The notes: a model not told the origin generated them from the sequence alone. Counted from the first letter of the stretch, positions 53,835-64,000 are shown. The stretch: DNA of 64,000 nt from Candidatus Parcubacteria bacterium (GCA_009995385.1 JAACPT010000002.1:759-64758), one strand, 5' to 3'. Made by a program: numbers and translations.

Positions 53835-55589
53835 ATGAACAAAAATATCAAACCCGAATCATCCATACATCTCATGGATAAGCTCATCGGTCTTATAGAG
53901 GCTATTCCTCACAGTGATCGTCTATTAGTACGAATCGCCTTTTTCCTATTCATCGGAACAACCGTCTGGCTCATCTTATCAATAAATCAAAATCACTCTG
54001 AAATTACACCAACCAGTGGTGGCTCTTTTATTGAAGGTGTTGTCGGTACCCCACGCTTCGTCAACCCAGCACTTGCATTCACTCGAGCTGACCAGGACAT
54101 CACCGCCCTCATCTACAGTGGTCTCCTTAAAATTGGAGAAGACGGTGTTCTTAAAAATGATCTCGCAGAAAATATTTCTATTTCTGAAGATGGACGCACC
54201 TATATAGTCACCCTTCGCAAAGACGTCACCTTTCATGACGGAACACCACTTACAGCTCGTGATGTTGCGTTTACCATTCACCTCATACAAGATCCCGACT
54301 TAAAGAGTCCACTGCGGGGAAATTGGAGCGACGTAACAGTTGAAGAAGTGAGCGAGTATGAATTACACATAAAACTTGAAGAAGTATACACTCCATTTAT
54401 CGAAAACTTTACCCTTGGGATTATGCCAGCACACGCCTGGAGTAATCTTCCTATTGAGCAACTCCCATTCAGCCAACTTAATACTGAACCTATCGGTTCT
54501 GGACCATTCTCTGTCACGGCTGCAAGACGAAGCACTTCTGGCGTTATTGAGCATTACACCTTAACTGCATTCCATGACAATGGCACCACACCAAAAATCG
54601 ACACCGTCGGTTTAGCTTTTTATCAAAATGAGGAACAACTACTCACCGCACTCGGAGAACATAAGATTGATGCTACAGCGTATGTGTCTTCAGAGCACAT
54701 TTCGCAAGTTGCAGCGCTTGGATATCAAACAGTTGAACAATCACTCCCCCGAGTGTTTGCTATTTTCTTTAATCAGAACCGCTCAGCCGCACTTCGCGAT
54801 ACAGCTGTGCGGAATGCATTGACAGCTGCAATCAATCGAGATGTACTCATTGAAAATGCACTACAAGGACACGGTGTCCCCATTTCCACTCCTACCATAC
54901 TTGGATCATCTACGTTAGAATCAACAGGAAGCATCGCAAACGAAGCGACATCATCCGAAAGTGAACGTGCAGTTGCTATACTAAAAGCTGGTAACTGGAC
55001 CAAAAATGACCTTGGTCTCTGGGAGAAAAAGATTGATAAAGAGCTTGTGGCACTTACTGTTACACTTAAGACTAGCAACAGCCCATTCTTTGCTAATTTA
55101 GTTGATTCCATCACGAAACAGTGGGAAGCGATTGGCGTGCAAGTAACCGTTGAGCAGTTCGAACAAACTGGCTTGGTACAATCGGTGATTAGACCACGCG
55201 ATTTTGAAGCACTGCTCTTTGGTCTTGATATGAGTAGGTCGCATGATTTATATCCTTTCTGGCATTCTTCACAGCAAGATGATCCAGGACTTAATATCGC
55301 ACAGTACGCAAACGTTGAAGTTGATAAACTACTAGAAAAAGCTCGAACTGAACCATACGGAGTAGGGAGAATCGAATTACTACATTCAGCTAGTGACATC
55401 ATCGTCAAAGAACAACCAGCAATCTTTCTATTTCAACCAACATTTACTTATGTAATCGCTGAAGATATGTTTATCGCAGAAATGAAAGAATTAGGTCGTC
55501 CGACTGACCGTTTCAGTAATATTGCACTATGGTACACCGAAAATGACTCACTTTGGACGATATTCCGAAAAAACAACAGTGAAGAATAA
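53835..55589 (+). CDS. Membrane-anchored ABC transporter substrate-binding protein (family 5, peptide/nickel type).
   Basis: N-terminal TM anchor, then SBP_bac_5-like sequence. Confidence 0.65.
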   Translation: MNKNIKPESSIHLMDKLIGLIEAIPHSDRLLVRIAFFLFIGTTVWLILSINQNHSEITPTSGGSFIEGVVGTPRFVNPALAFTRADQDITALIYSGLLKIGEDGVLKNDLAENISISEDGRTYIVTLRKDVTFHDGTPLTARDVAFTIHLIQDPDLKSPLRGNWSDVTVEEVSEYELHIKLEEVYTPFIENFTLGIMPAHAWSNLPIEQLPFSQLNTEPIGSGPFSVTAARRSTSGVIEHYTLTAFHDNGTTPKIDTVGLAFYQNEEQLLTALGEHKIDATAYVSSEHISQVAALGYQTVEQSLPRVFAIFFNQNRSAALRDTAVRNALTAAINRDVLIENALQGHGVPISTPTILGSSTLESTGSIANEATSSESERAVAILKAGNWTKNDLGLWEKKIDKELVALTVTLKTSNSPFFANLVDSITKQWEAIGVQVTVEQFEQTGLVQSVIRPRDFEALLFGLDMSRSHDLYPFWHSSQQDDPGLNIAQYANVEVDKLLEKARTEPYGVGRIELLHSASDIIVKEQPAIFLFQPTFTYVIAEDMFIAEMKELGRPTDRFSNIALWYTENDSLWTIFRKNNSEE

Positions 55590-55617
55590 CTTTTACAGAA
55601 ATCATTAGAAATAATTT

Positions 55618-57636
55618 ATGGACACAACAAACAACAACCCACAACCAGGAACAAATAACCGTAATCGAAGAACGTACCGAAACTACAAATCATCCACCCC
55701 AGCCGCTAATGGTAACCGAGCGAGAACAGGAACCAGTCCCCATTATCAAGCGCGCAGACAACCAGGATCTCGACCCACTACTAGTAGCGCACCAAGACCA
55801 GATGCTACCAATCGACCAGCTGGGCGTCGAAGCAGTAACAGCAACCGAAACCGGCGTAACAATGGTGGTGGTAATCGTCGCCGATCTGACAAAGCACCAG
55901 CGCTTACTCACCGCCTCGATGTGACTGACCAAAAATCAGTTTTCATTCCAGAGATTACCGATGCAGATACTGTACGCATCATCCCTGTATCGGGAGTAGA
56001 AGAAATTGGTCGCAACATGAACATCATTGAAACCAAAGATGACATTATTGTCATCGATGCTGGGTTTCAGTTCGTGTCTGAGGAAAGTAATGCGCCAGGC
56101 ATTGATTACATCTTACCGAACACGCAGTACTTGGAAGAGCGCAAGGACAAAATTCGTGCGCTTGTTATCACCCACGGTCACCTTGACCACATTGGCGGCA
56201 TTCCATTCATCATGGAACGTATCGGCAACCCGCCGATCTACACGCAGTACCTCACCTCACTCATGATCCTTAAACGTCAGGAGGAGTTTCCACACATGGA
56301 GCCAGTAAAGATGAATGTTGTAAAAGAAGGAGAGTCATTCACGGTCGGCAGTACTAAAATTAAAACATTTCCAGTCACCCACTCAATTCCAGATGCCATG
56401 GGTGTTTGTGTTGAGACAAAGCATGGAGACGTTGTTATCACCGGTGACATTAAACTAGTGCACGAAGAAGGTAAAGTAGTCGTTGAAGAACGGGCGTCAT
56501 GGGAAAAAGTCGGGCTCAACAAAAACCTCGCGCTGCTCTGCGATTCTACCAATGCCGACCGTCAAGGTTTTTCAGCTTCTGAGGCTCGCGTATTTTTGAC
56601 CCTTGAAGAAATCATCCACAACACTACTGGTCGTCTGATTATCGGTACCTTCGCTTCACAATTTGACCGACTCATCAGTATCATTAAGGTCTGTGAAGAG
56701 ATGGGTAAGAAAGTGGTCATGGAAGGTCGCAGTATCAAGACAAATATTGATATCGCGATTGAAGCGAAGCTAATGGAAGTTAAACAAAGTACATTCATCA
56801 ACGCCGGCGATATTAATGATTATCCAGCAGATCGCATCGTTGTTCTATCAACCGGAGCACAAGGAGAGCAGTATGCTGCCTTGATGCGCATGGCGACCGA
56901 TAAACATAAATTCATCAATCTTACAGAGCGAGATACTATTGTGCTTTCATCATCAGTTATTCCAGGAAATGAAATTGCAGTGCAAAAACTCAAAGATAAT
57001 ATTTATCGCAAAAATGTAAAGGTGATTAACTACCAAGGTTCTCATGTACACTCGTCTGGGCATGGTAACGCTGGAGAACTCGTATGGGTACACCAAGCAG
57101 TAAAGCCGAACTTCTTGATACCTGTTCATGGACACCACTATCACTTGAAAAGTCATATGTATGCAGCCGTGGAAAATGGTTTCCCCCGAGAAAATATCGC
57201 AGTCCCCGATAATGGAACAATCATCGAGATCAAGAACGGTACTGAAATGACTATTCTTCCAATGAAAATACCTACCGAACTCATGATGGTAGATGGATTC
57301 ACTGTAGGAACGAGGCAGGAAGTAGTACTCCGTGATCGGCAGACTCTGTCTGAAGATGGTATGTTTGTCATCATTGCCACCGTTAATACCAAGAACGGAA
57401 AACTGCGAAAGTCGCCTGATATCATTTCCCGTGGATTCGTCTATTTAAGAGAGAATCAACAACTTCTCTCAGAAGCAAGAGTCCTCATTAAGAAGACAGT
57501 TGAAAGACAAACTGAGCACATGAACCCAATTGATCTTGAGCTCGTGAAAGACGATCTCACTGATGTTGTAAGTGGATTCTTAATGCAAAAAACGCAGAAG
57601 AGCCCAATGGTAATTCCAGTGTTGATCGGTATTTAA
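55618..57636 (+). CDS. rnj: Ribonuclease J (beta-CASP metallo-beta-lactamase) with a ~100-aa Arg/Asn-rich N-terminal extension.
   Basis: 'ITHGHLDHIGG' motif and the beta-CASP region. Confidence 0.9.
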   Translation: MDTTNNNPQPGTNNRNRRTYRNYKSSTPAANGNRARTGTSPHYQARRQPGSRPTTSSAPRPDATNRPAGRRSSNSNRNRRNNGGGNRRRSDKAPALTHRLDVTDQKSVFIPEITDADTVRIIPVSGVEEIGRNMNIIETKDDIIVIDAGFQFVSEESNAPGIDYILPNTQYLEERKDKIRALVITHGHLDHIGGIPFIMERIGNPPIYTQYLTSLMILKRQEEFPHMEPVKMNVVKEGESFTVGSTKIKTFPVTHSIPDAMGVCVETKHGDVVITGDIKLVHEEGKVVVEERASWEKVGLNKNLALLCDSTNADRQGFSASEARVFLTLEEIIHNTTGRLIIGTFASQFDRLISIIKVCEEMGKKVVMEGRSIKTNIDIAIEAKLMEVKQSTFINAGDINDYPADRIVVLSTGAQGEQYAALMRMATDKHKFINLTERDTIVLSSSVIPGNEIAVQKLKDNIYRKNVKVINYQGSHVHSSGHGNAGELVWVHQAVKPNFLIPVHGHHYHLKSHMYAAVENGFPRENIAVPDNGTIIEIKNGTEMTILPMKIPTELMMVDGFTVGTRQEVVLRDRQTLSEDGMFVIIATVNTKNGKLRKSPDIISRGFVYLRENQQLLSEARVLIKKTVERQTEHMNPIDLELVKDDLTDVVSGFLMQKTQKSPMVIPVLIGI

Positions 57637-57647
57637 GCTAAATTAAT

Positions 57648-57713
57648 AAAACCGCCAATAAATTTTCTTCATCAAAAACTGAAGAAAATCTTGTTGGCAG
57701 TTTTTTATTTATC
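57648..57713 (+). terminator. Nested hairpins followed by 'ttttttattt'; an intrinsic terminator after rnj.
   Basis: ccgccaa...ttttcttca tcaaaaac tgaagaaaa...ttggcag TTTTTT. Confidence 0.65.
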
Positions 57714-57768
57714 TTGATTGTTAATAGCTAAAAAAAATAGTGCTTTTATTGGCTATACTGTACCTACT

Positions 57769-58971
57769 ATGCCAAGAACTACATCTGCAACGTCAGTGCC
57801 TATCCATCCGTACAAAAGACACCCGTTACCAATATATGTGACTTCCCTGCTTCTTATTTTTCACTCTTATTTAGTAGCCTACATCAATTCTTCGTTCCTC
57901 GAACAATTCATATCGGCAACCGAAGTCGGTGCAGTATATATCATCGGATCAGCCTTAACCGTCCTTATCTTTCTCTTTATTTCTCGCGTGTTGAGAAAAA
58001 TTGGTAACTATAAATGGAGCCTCGTACTGATTTCGCTAAACTTTGCCGCCGTAGCGGGAATGGCATATACAAATGAATTGCGAGTAGCAGTACCACTCTT
58101 CATTATCCACTTAATCTCAGTCACACTGATATTCTTCAATCTCGATGTGTTCATGGAAGAACAAATTGGCATTAATGAAACTACTACCGGCAGTAAGCGT
58201 GGACTACTCCTTACCTTGATAAGTCTTGTCGGCGCAACATCCCCTCTCATTGGGTCATTACTCGTTGATGGTAACGAAACAGCATTTACCTATCCATACT
58301 TACTCAGTGCAGCCACGCTTATCCCTGTTATTATTATCTTGCTTTTCTTCTTTAGAGACTTTTCTGATCCAGAGTACAATGAGATAGACATCTTTTCCGC
58401 TATCAGAAGTTTTTGGCGTTCAGTCAGTATTCGTCATGTTTTTTTGGCACATTTTGCACTCCAGATGTTTTTCATGTTAATGGTAGTGTATATTCCGATT
58501 TATCTCACCAAAGATATTGGTCTTTCGTGGGCAGAATTTGGTGTCGTCATGTTTTTTGGACAACTTGCATATGTAGTATTTGAGTATCCGATTGGCATCA
58601 TCGCTGACCGATACATTGGAGAAAAAGAAATGATGGGATTTGGTTTTTTGATACTGATTATTTCCACTTCATGGATAGCCTTCGTCACTTCAACCAGTAT
58701 TCTAGTCTGGTCAATCATCATGTTTGTCACTCGTATCGGCGCCAGCTTGGTCGAGGTGACCACTGAAAGCTACTTTTTTAAGCAAACAAAAAGTAACGAC
58801 GCACAGATTATTAGTTTCTTCCGTATCACCCGACCACTTGCTTATGTAACCGGTGCGATATTAGGAAGTCTGGCACTGCTCTACGTACCATTCAATTTAC
58901 TTTTTATTGTCTTCACAATACTTTTTGTACCGGCGATGTTTGGTACCATTAATATCATTGATACTAAATAA
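57769..58971 (+). CDS. Major facilitator superfamily transporter.
   Basis: About 12 predicted TM helices. Confidence 0.6.
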   Translation: MPRTTSATSVPIHPYKRHPLPIYVTSLLLIFHSYLVAYINSSFLEQFISATEVGAVYIIGSALTVLIFLFISRVLRKIGNYKWSLVLISLNFAAVAGMAYTNELRVAVPLFIIHLISVTLIFFNLDVFMEEQIGINETTTGSKRGLLLTLISLVGATSPLIGSLLVDGNETAFTYPYLLSAATLIPVIIILLFFFRDFSDPEYNEIDIFSAIRSFWRSVSIRHVFLAHFALQMFFMLMVVYIPIYLTKDIGLSWAEFGVVMFFGQLAYVVFEYPIGIIADRYIGEKEMMGFGFLILIISTSWIAFVTSTSILVWSIIMFVTRIGASLVEVTTESYFFKQTKSNDAQIISFFRITRPLAYVTGAILGSLALLYVPFNLLFIVFTILFVPAMFGTINIIDTK

Positions 58972-58972
58972 T

Positions 58973-59788
58973 CTACGGAAGTTGGTACCTCTCATTGTTT
59001 TTGCATAGTAGTCCCTCAACTTGAAGGCAAAAAAGTTGAGTGACAATTCGTTCAGTAGCAAAATTTGGTAGAAGGCTCTGCAGCTCTGCAGTAGTGATCA
59101 CATTTTTTTCACTCAATAATTTTATGATTGCACCGCGCAACTGTCGGTCACTGCCAGCAAAAGTGGTTTGTTTTCTGTAGTGTGTACTCTTGCGATTCAT
59201 ATTTCCATACCGCTGTTTCAAAAATGAACCGTAATCCATGAGTGCGTAGTACCATTCTCTCCAGTCGCTTTCTGGCAGAGTCTTCTCAATCAATTGCAAT
59301 ATCGCATCATCTGATACAGTTTCATTTTTAGAGAAAAAATGATGGATGAATACCTGCCGTATATTTGTCTCTATCAACAACACTGACTGATTGTATGCAA
59401 ACGCCATAATCGCTCCCGCTGTATAAGTACCAACACCAGGCAAGGTTCGCAGGTTGAGCGCTTCACGCGGAAAAGTACCATGGTAGAGAGATACAATTTC
59501 TTGTCCCGCTTGCCACAAAAATTTAGCCCGACGATTGTAACCGAGTCCCTGCCAAACTCTAAGCACATCAGAAAGTGGCGCGGCAGCAAGTCGCTGTACG
59601 GTTGGAAATAGTTTCAGAAACTCTCTGTATTTTGGTATTACGCGTTCGACTTGCGTCTGTTGCAGCATGACTTCAGAAACCAAAATTCGGTAAGGATTAC
59701 GTGTTTTTCGCCACGGTAGATTATGTCGCCCGTACGTGGAATAATACTCCCACACCGTTTTTACAAACTGTTGCTTTTTTCTATTCAT
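58973..59788 (-). CDS. HhH-GPD DNA glycosylase, MutY/Nth-like, lacking the Fe-S cluster cysteines.
   Basis: 'MLQQTQVERVIPKYREFLKLFPTVQRLAAAP...LPGVGTYTAGAIMAFAY' is the HhH-GPD region; there is no C-x6-C-x2-C-x5-C cysteine cluster. Confidence 0.7.
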   Translation of the reverse strand: MNRKKQQFVKTVWEYYSTYGRHNLPWRKTRNPYRILVSEVMLQQTQVERVIPKYREFLKLFPTVQRLAAAPLSDVLRVWQGLGYNRRAKFLWQAGQEIVSLYHGTFPREALNLRTLPGVGTYTAGAIMAFAYNQSVLLIETNIRQVFIHHFFSKNETVSDDAILQLIEKTLPESDWREWYYALMDYGSFLKQRYGNMNRKSTHYRKQTTFAGSDRQLRGAIIKLLSEKNVITTAELQSLLPNFATERIVTQLFCLQVEGLLCKNNERYQLP

Positions 59789-61151
59789 TGAATAATTGTG
59801 CTCTTGCCGAGTATTTTTCAATGTATTTTGCAACAGCAAATTTTTTTTTAGCCCCAGCAAAATTCATGTATCTAATCTTGCCAAAAACCTGACGTTCATT
59901 CCACGCCCGATCATGTACCCCACAAATTGACCACATGATGCCAGTGATTCCACTTGGATCATTACCGTCGAGACTATATTTATCATTGAGATATATTGCT
60001 GTATCAATTGCGACTTGGGCTGTCGGTGTCCACTCTAAAATCTTCTTTGCCCAATACATACGACACCAACCATGTAACTTACCGTTTTTCACCAATTGTC
60101 GTTGCATCGCATTCCACAGTTCATCGTGTGTCTTTCCAGTCTCAAACTCTTCGCTTTCGTACACATAGTCTCGAGTATCACAAGCGTGCTCAGCAATAGT
60201 CTTCTGCGCCCAAGCATGAGCACCTATTACCAGGTTGTAGGATTGATTGTAATAGCAAAAATTATCTGCCAGTTCACGACGCACGATGAGCTCTTCAAGA
60301 AACGCATCCCGACTCTCTTTGTTACTGTCATACGCTTTACTAACTTGTCGCGCTACCCACTGAGCGGATAGTTGCCCATAGTGCAGATATGGTGATAAAT
60401 CTGATTGCCCATTTTTGGTTGGGTCATTTCTATCAGTACTGTATGTAGTTAATCCATTCAAAATAAAATGCCGTGTTTTTGCTTTACCAGCATGTGCACC
60501 TGGAATAAGCCAATCAACCGGCGCTACCAATCGATCAGCTAAAACTGTCTTTCGTAGCAAGGCAAAGTCTGGTTCGTCCATTGTGACAGTAGCTCCATAC
60601 GAATGTGGCACCACTTCCGGAAAATCAGTTAAGTACTGCGATAATTTTCTATGTACCTTCGGGCGGAAGGTGTAAGCGGCAAACTCTTCCTTATCGCTAG
60701 CTACCCAGCAAGGAATACTATTATGTGCATCAACTTCACTCATACGTACTGAAATACCCTTTGCTACTGTTTCCTTCCAAGAGCGGATAAATCGTAACGG
60801 ATTAAAATCAGTCACCACCTCACCAGCAGCAATGTGCGTAGCAAATGCTGGTACAGTCATGGTTGGGTCACCTTGCAGTATACAAAAAAATATATTAAGA
60901 GACGCTAGTCGTGAAGCAGTCTCTTCGAGACCGTGTAGCATAAAATCATACTGTCGCCACGATGCTCCAGCAAACGTCGGCACAAGATTAAACACTACAT
61001 AAAGTGGTGTCTGTTTTTCCAGCGCTCGCTCCTGTGCGTAGAGTAGTGCCCAATTATCATCTACTCGTTGGTCGCGTTGCATCCAATACACTACCGGACC
61101 TGATTTTGCCTCCAGCTGGTTTATTGCCCGTACTCTTGTATCATCAACCAT
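59781..61151 (-). CDS. phr: Class II CPD deoxyribodipyrimidine photolyase.
   Basis: 'VVYWMQRDQRVDDNWALLYAQ' is a class II signature; the FAD-binding region is present. Confidence 0.85.
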   Translation of the reverse strand: MVDDTRVRAINQLEAKSGPVVYWMQRDQRVDDNWALLYAQERALEKQTPLYVVFNLVPTFAGASWRQYDFMLHGLEETASRLASLNIFFCILQGDPTMTVPAFATHIAAGEVVTDFNPLRFIRSWKETVAKGISVRMSEVDAHNSIPCWVASDKEEFAAYTFRPKVHRKLSQYLTDFPEVVPHSYGATVTMDEPDFALLRKTVLADRLVAPVDWLIPGAHAGKAKTRHFILNGLTTYSTDRNDPTKNGQSDLSPYLHYGQLSAQWVARQVSKAYDSNKESRDAFLEELIVRRELADNFCYYNQSYNLVIGAHAWAQKTIAEHACDTRDYVYESEEFETGKTHDELWNAMQRQLVKNGKLHGWCRMYWAKKILEWTPTAQVAIDTAIYLNDKYSLDGNDPSGITGIMWSICGVHDRAWNERQVFGKIRYMNFAGAKKKFAVAKYIEKYSARAQLFNE

Positions 61152-61156
61152 ACGCC

Positions 61157-61381
61157 TTACTCGACGATCTCATAATCGACATGCGGGGGTTTTCGTTTTG
61201 GCATCAAAACCCATGCAGCAAAATACAGTAGTAATCCTGGGAAAAAACCAGTTACTATTAAAAAAGTGACGGCAATAATACGAAACAGCACTGGATCTTG
61301 ACCAAAATATTCTGCCAAACCCGCCACCACTCCAGATACCACTGCTTTTTCTTGATCCCGTTCTAGTCGTTTCTTTTTCAT
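61157..61381 (-). CDS. PspC-domain membrane protein.
   Basis: 'GVVAGLAEYFGQDPVLFRIIAVTFLIVTGFFPGLLLYFAAWVLMP'. Confidence 0.7.
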   Translation of the reverse strand: MKKKRLERDQEKAVVSGVVAGLAEYFGQDPVLFRIIAVTFLIVTGFFPGLLLYFAAWVLMPKRKPPHVDYEIVE

Positions 61382-61400
61382 ATCGATACAGTATAGCAAA

Positions 61401-62096
61401 TTACATCGTACCAATCGTATAAATCACATCTTTTCGTTCTACTATCACTGGCCACCCTACTCGTTTTGCGTAGGTATATAAGCGTTCATTAGGATTAAAA
61501 CAGATTGGCTGGGCTACTGTTTCAAGTAGTGATATATCTCCGTCGGTATCACCAACTGCCAAAGAATGTTCTCTAGAAAGTGTAGCATTCCGATCAAATA
61601 CCCGATTAACGATATTTGCTTTATTCTTTATAAGATGTTCATCGGTAACAATGCCAGTGAATTGGTCTTGCGGACCAATCTCATAGAAGCGACCATACAC
61701 TTTATCAAATCCATACTGTAGACAGAATTCATCAAGCACGGTTTTCGGTGACTGAGAAATAGCCACCAGGTAGTAATCTTGTGCTTTCAACTGTGCAATC
61801 AAATCACGAGTATACCGATAGACATGCTTACTCTGCTCAGCCACAACGTGCTGACCGATTTCTACAAATGTGCGGTAATGCACTCCTTTGATGTACTGTA
61901 AGAAGGATTTGACGACTGCTTCAATGTATCCTTGATACTCTCCTTCACGCGCCCGCCACGCCTGCTTTTCCATTTCATATTGTAATGCCGCTTCGGGAGG
62001 AAAGACATCTTCCTTAATCAACTGCTCCACTAATTCAACCAGCAGACTAGAGCGAAAGACGGTCCCGTCGATATCAAAGAAAGCTACTGGTCTCAT
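61401..62096 (-). CDS. HAD-superfamily hydrolase (subfamily IB-like).
   Basis: Motif I 'FFDIDGTVF' and a motif-IV-like 'VGDTDGDISLL'. Confidence 0.7.
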   Translation of the reverse strand: MRPVAFFDIDGTVFRSSLLVELVEQLIKEDVFPPEAALQYEMEKQAWRAREGEYQGYIEAVVKSFLQYIKGVHYRTFVEIGQHVVAEQSKHVYRYTRDLIAQLKAQDYYLVAISQSPKTVLDEFCLQYGFDKVYGRFYEIGPQDQFTGIVTDEHLIKNKANIVNRVFDRNATLSREHSLAVGDTDGDISLLETVAQPICFNPNERLYTYAKRVGWPVIVERKDVIYTIGTM

Positions 62097-62119
62097 ACGT
62101 ACGTAAAATGCAATTGTGA

Positions 62120-63241
62120 CTAGCCTCTCGCAGTCTTAATAACCACATCAGTAATCGATCCAAAAGTAATCACTAGAAGAATAAGTAGTGCCACTTGCCC
62201 AATTATCGGCAAGAGCATAAAGAAAGCAATTCCAACAGTACCAACTATCACCGATAGTAATGTCAATTGCTGATTGGGGCGATCAAAGATATACAGCAGA
62301 AACTGTCCCAGTACAGCACTCATTGCGATGAGACTGAGCACAATAAGTAGTGCGTACCCAAGTAGCAAAACAAAACTTACTAGCGTGCCAATCATACTGA
62401 CAAACAGAAGTACAAACGCAATCGGTACAAGAAACATAACCACCAGTCCTAAAATAAATGGGCGCACGCTTTTAGAAACCGCTCGATTAACTACTACCGT
62501 CAATGTTTTTTTGGATACCAAATACCATGTCAGTACCGAGAAGAGAAGGACTAAAAGTGGTATCACCGCTGCTTTAATGGTTGGCGTACTTCCAAGGAGC
62601 ACAGGGTCACTACGAACTATATTTCCACTCACGGTGGCGTTAAGCGACTGAGTTAGTAACAGTTCGCTCGTATATCGTACTGAGCCCGTCACTACTGCCC
62701 GATCGCCAAGCACAAGTTGGTCTACCCTTACATCAATATCGCCAACTACCGGTGCATCAATTCGAAGCGTCATTGCAGTACCAAGTACGTCACCACCAAC
62801 TGAACCTTCAATTGTTGCGTCGGTGACAAAAAGTAGCACGTCCCCCGACACCGATGCAGTCGAGAGGATACGAAGCGAACCACCAATGACTAATAAGTCT
62901 CCCATAATTGGCTCAGCAATGGTGGTGTCTCCAGAAATAATTCTAAGATCATCTCCCACAGTGCCATGGATATCAGTCTTAAGTGCTACTAGAAATGCAT
63001 TGTCAGTTACCGATCCATTGAGGACAACCTGACCGGCTGCGACAATCAGATCTTCTGATATTGCCCCTGAAATATTAACCGTACTACCAATAGCATATAA
63101 ATCTCCTTCGACAAACTGATCTTCCGTTAAGGAAACTGATTGTCCGGTACGGACCACTGTATTAGCGTATGCAGGCAATGAAGATATGAACGCCAGGGTT
63201 AGTATAAAAACAAAAAAAAGTGATTGGTGTATTCTGGTCAT
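62120..63241 (-). CDS. Membrane protein with bactofilin-like (polymer-forming) beta-helical repeats.
   Basis: Signal peptide, repeated 'G.V.G.V.GD' units and a C-terminal multi-TM region. Confidence 0.45.
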   Translation of the reverse strand: MTRIHQSLFFVFILTLAFISSLPAYANTVVRTGQSVSLTEDQFVEGDLYAIGSTVNISGAISEDLIVAAGQVVLNGSVTDNAFLVALKTDIHGTVGDDLRIISGDTTIAEPIMGDLLVIGGSLRILSTASVSGDVLLFVTDATIEGSVGGDVLGTAMTLRIDAPVVGDIDVRVDQLVLGDRAVVTGSVRYTSELLLTQSLNATVSGNIVRSDPVLLGSTPTIKAAVIPLLVLLFSVLTWYLVSKKTLTVVVNRAVSKSVRPFILGLVVMFLVPIAFVLLFVSMIGTLVSFVLLLGYALLIVLSLIAMSAVLGQFLLYIFDRPNQQLTLLSVIVGTVGIAFFMLLPIIGQVALLILLVITFGSITDVVIKTARG

Positions 63242-63245
63242 GTAT

Positions 63246-63965
63246 TTATTCAGCTTTTATATCTTCACGGATAATGGTCGTTCGTCGTTCTCTATCAATT
63301 ACAATCTCCTCGGCTACCTCTGCAATAATACGGTTTTCATTTTCAATTTTTTCATTTTCTCGACGTACGGTAGATTTTGCGATACTTTCTTTTTCTGAAA
63401 GATTCATCAATAAAAACATAAACACTGCTATCGCAATGATGCCAAAAAGGTTAAGGAAAAGAAGCATCGTAGCGCCTTTGATGACCGTAGCATTCATCGC
63501 AGCAATACCAACGCCGATGGTAGCGAGTGGAGGTACCAAGGCGACTGCGATAGCCACTCCCGGTAATGCGGCATCCCATTCTGGTCGCGCCAACATATAC
63601 GCCACCGCGGCGCCAGACACAAGCGCAACCAAAAAGTGTAGGAGCGTAGGCTCAGTGCGAGCAAGTACTTCTGTGGTGAGATAGCTAGCATTATCACCAA
63701 GCAAAAACGCCACTATGACCGACAGACCGAGCCCCACCGCGAGCGACTTGGTCAGTGTTTTAATAGCCCGATCGAGTAGCGATATATCTTTACTCATCAT
63801 CACCAAACCAAGTGAAACCCCCAAAATTGGATACATAAGCGGTGCAATGAGCATACTACCAATGACAATCGAACTACTATCTAGTAGCAAGCCAAGTGTT
63901 GCCATGACGGTAGAAAGCCCTACCAAATAGTAGTAATCAAAATCAGGAGTTCCATTTTCAACCAA
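63246..63965 (-). CDS. DUF389-like integral membrane protein.
   Basis: 'GSMLIAPLMYPILG' and hydrophobic repeats. Confidence 0.45.
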   Translation of the reverse strand: MVENGTPDFDYYYLVGLSTVMATLGLLLDSSSIVIGSMLIAPLMYPILGVSLGLVMMSKDISLLDRAIKTLTKSLAVGLGLSVIVAFLLGDNASYLTTEVLARTEPTLLHFLVALVSGAAVAYMLARPEWDAALPGVAIAVALVPPLATIGVGIAAMNATVIKGATMLLFLNLFGIIAIAVFMFLLMNLSEKESIAKSTVRRENEKIENENRIIAEVAEEIVIDRERRTTIIREDIKAE

Positions 63966-64000
63966 TTTTCTGACGAGGGTAACTTTATCTTTATCCGGTA

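Noticed and set aside
1-64000. Mobile elements or prophage (transposase, integrase, phage structural genes)
   Set aside because: None of the translated ORFs resembles a transposase, recombinase or phage protein. The only hint is the decayed region next to tRNA-Ser, which is reported as a finding and not as a mobile element.

Overview
This window reads like a small-genome, Gram-positive-type or CPR/Saccharibacteria-like bacterium; the taxon cannot be confirmed from sequence alone. TGA is used as a stop codon. The ORF track's 'M' start codons include TTG and GTG.

The first ~22.5 kb (complement 1..~22543) is the 5'-proximal part of one giant surface-protein gene. It is the only continuous frame there, it runs off the left edge of the window, and it is therefore absent from the ORF track. 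My hand translation found no in-frame stop over 22.5 kb, which is at least 7,500 codons. The protein text shows a signal peptide followed by at least 8 repeated DUF2341-like 'DGRDIR...TELP..LV.I...TGEL.F...FY.YY.N' modules. Each module is followed by a LamG-like segment ending in 'DELR(F/I)S...W...EY.N'. Long right-handed beta-helix-like repeats are interspersed.

Immediately upstream, and co-oriented on the minus strand, sits a cell-surface island:
- a membrane-anchored cohesin-like protein;
- an Hsp20 small heat-shock protein;
- a dockerin-bearing secreted protein;
- a Csc-like pair (a DUF916/DUF3324 CscA-like protein plus a WxL-like beta-rich protein).

The rest of the window holds:
- a split umuD / GH18 / umuC arrangement;
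- a CAP-domain protein, a sortase, and an ECF sigma with its putative anti-sigma factor;
- RsuA-family pseudouridine synthase, CNNM/CorC, TypA/BipA, and tRNA-Ser(GGA);
- an HtpX / MazG-like / DUF2207 / LemA membrane module;
- GroEL/GroES, SecG, an orphan family-5 substrate-binding protein, and RNase J;
- an MFS transporter, a MutY-like glycosylase, a class II photolyase, PspC, a HAD hydrolase and membrane proteins.

No CRISPR array, rRNA, transposase or integrase was recognised. Several clean intrinsic-terminator hairpins are present.
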